DNA of 64,000 bases from an uncultured bacterium (lineage in GTDB: Bacteria; Chlamydiota; Chlamydiia; Chlamydiales; Rhabdochlamydiaceae): the NCBI GenBank assembly GCA_964571465.1, contig CAZNAR010000004.1:20942-84941 (forward strand), given 5' to 3'. The translations under genes were made by a program, and so were the position numbers. The notes below the pieces were generated by a model. It was not told the origin of the DNA. It ran no database searches and saw only the letters and a program-made list of their open reading frames with translations. Position 1 is the first letter of the stretch. Every line of letters starts with the position of its first letter. Below are positions 63,734 to 64,000 of this stretch, piece after piece.

Positions 63734-63796
63734 ATGAAAAAATCACTTACATCTTTTGTGACATTTTCGGCCCTCCACCATCATTTCCATCAATAA
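63734..63796 (+). CDS. 20-codon upstream ORF, His-rich (possible leader peptide or signal-peptide remnant)
   Basis: GAGGAGG lies 5 nt upstream of the ATG. The product is MKKSLTSFVTFSALHHHFHQ*, and the ORF ends 44 nt before the ArtJ-like gene. Confidence 0.3.
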   Translation: MKKSLTSFVTFSALHHHFHQ

Positions 63797-63840
63797 ATTA
63801 CCGTTTTAGCTCCCCTAACCCACAATTTTAGGATTTAAGT

Positions 63841-64000
63841 ATGAAAAAAATTTTATTATCTTTGCTTTTTTCTGCCTCTCTTTTTGCTGACGATCCCCTA
63901 GTCGTTGGAACCACCAGCGGCTATGCCCCTTTTGTTAGCCTTGATAACCAAGGAAAATATGAAGGGTTTGATATCGATGTGGCAGAACTTCTCGCCCAAA
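63841..64000 (+). CDS. Polar amino acid ABC transporter substrate-binding protein (ArtJ/HisJ family), 5' part only
   Basis: Signal peptide MKKILLSLLFSASLFA, then LVVGTTSGYAPFVSLDNQGKYEGFDIDVAELLAQ, which is the typical family-3 SBP N-terminus. The gene runs off the window. Confidence 0.8.
   Translation, partial: MKKILLSLLFSASLFADDPLVVGTTSGYAPFVSLDNQGKYEGFDIDVAELLAQ

Noticed and set aside
1-64000. Search for CRISPR arrays, rRNA genes, IS elements, retron/DGR reverse transcriptases, restriction-modification systems and classic type II toxin-antitoxin pairs.
   Set aside because: No regularly spaced direct repeats, rRNA-like sequence, DDE/HUH transposase, YxDD reverse-transcriptase or methyltransferase motifs were seen in any ORF or intergenic region by eye. 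An exhaustive repeat computation was not possible.

Overview
The window is a gene-dense bacterial chromosomal segment with about 65 CDS and 3 tRNA genes. Genes lie on both strands, with many 4-nt start/stop overlaps and several convergent 3' overlaps. I saw no rRNA, CRISPR array, transposase or integrase.

The gene content points to an environmental, amoeba-associated member of the Chlamydiae. This is an inference and cannot be verified without a database. The supporting observations are:
- a PBP2 of about 1050 aa together with RodA;
- the gene order tsp, then rpsL-rpsG-fusA-rpsJ with no tuf;
- TyrP and tandem OppA-like paralogues;
- kdsB;
- several eukaryote-like domains.

Housekeeping blocks:
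- an ABC-2 permease pair plus a NodT outer-membrane factor;
- rpsB-tsf-pyrH-frr followed by tRNA-Glu and tRNA-Lys;
- tRNA-Gly;
- PBP2;
- a UDP-xylose/dTDP-rhamnose/CMP-Kdo sugar-nucleotide cluster;
- lipA-lpdA;
- secA;
- psd;
- nth-mnmE;
- ruvA-ruvC-tsp;
- rpsL-rpsG-fusA-rpsJ;
- rodA;
- birA;
- NifS/NifU-like genes;
- gpmA;
- rluB.

Accessory and unusual content:
1. A visibly AT-rich three-gene island between psd and nth. It encodes a TPR/Cys-rich membrane protein, a polymorphic-toxin-like protein (pre-toxin plus Ntox50-like C-terminus) and a translationally coupled, internally duplicated immunity-like protein.
2. A stand-alone SH2-like protein heading a tightly overlapped four-gene operon.
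3. A eukaryotic-type USP deubiquitinase.
4. A membrane-anchored OTU-like deubiquitinase.
5. An orphan 1222-aa TPS-domain (filamentous-haemagglutinin-like) exoprotein with no adjacent TpsB.
6. An OppA-like binding protein whose signal peptide is replaced by a ~480-aa N-terminal extension.
7. NifS/NifU-like proteins that lack the canonical catalytic and ligand cysteines.
8. A gene split by a frameshift at the right end of the window.

All functional calls rest on motif recognition by eye. No HMM or BLAST search was possible.
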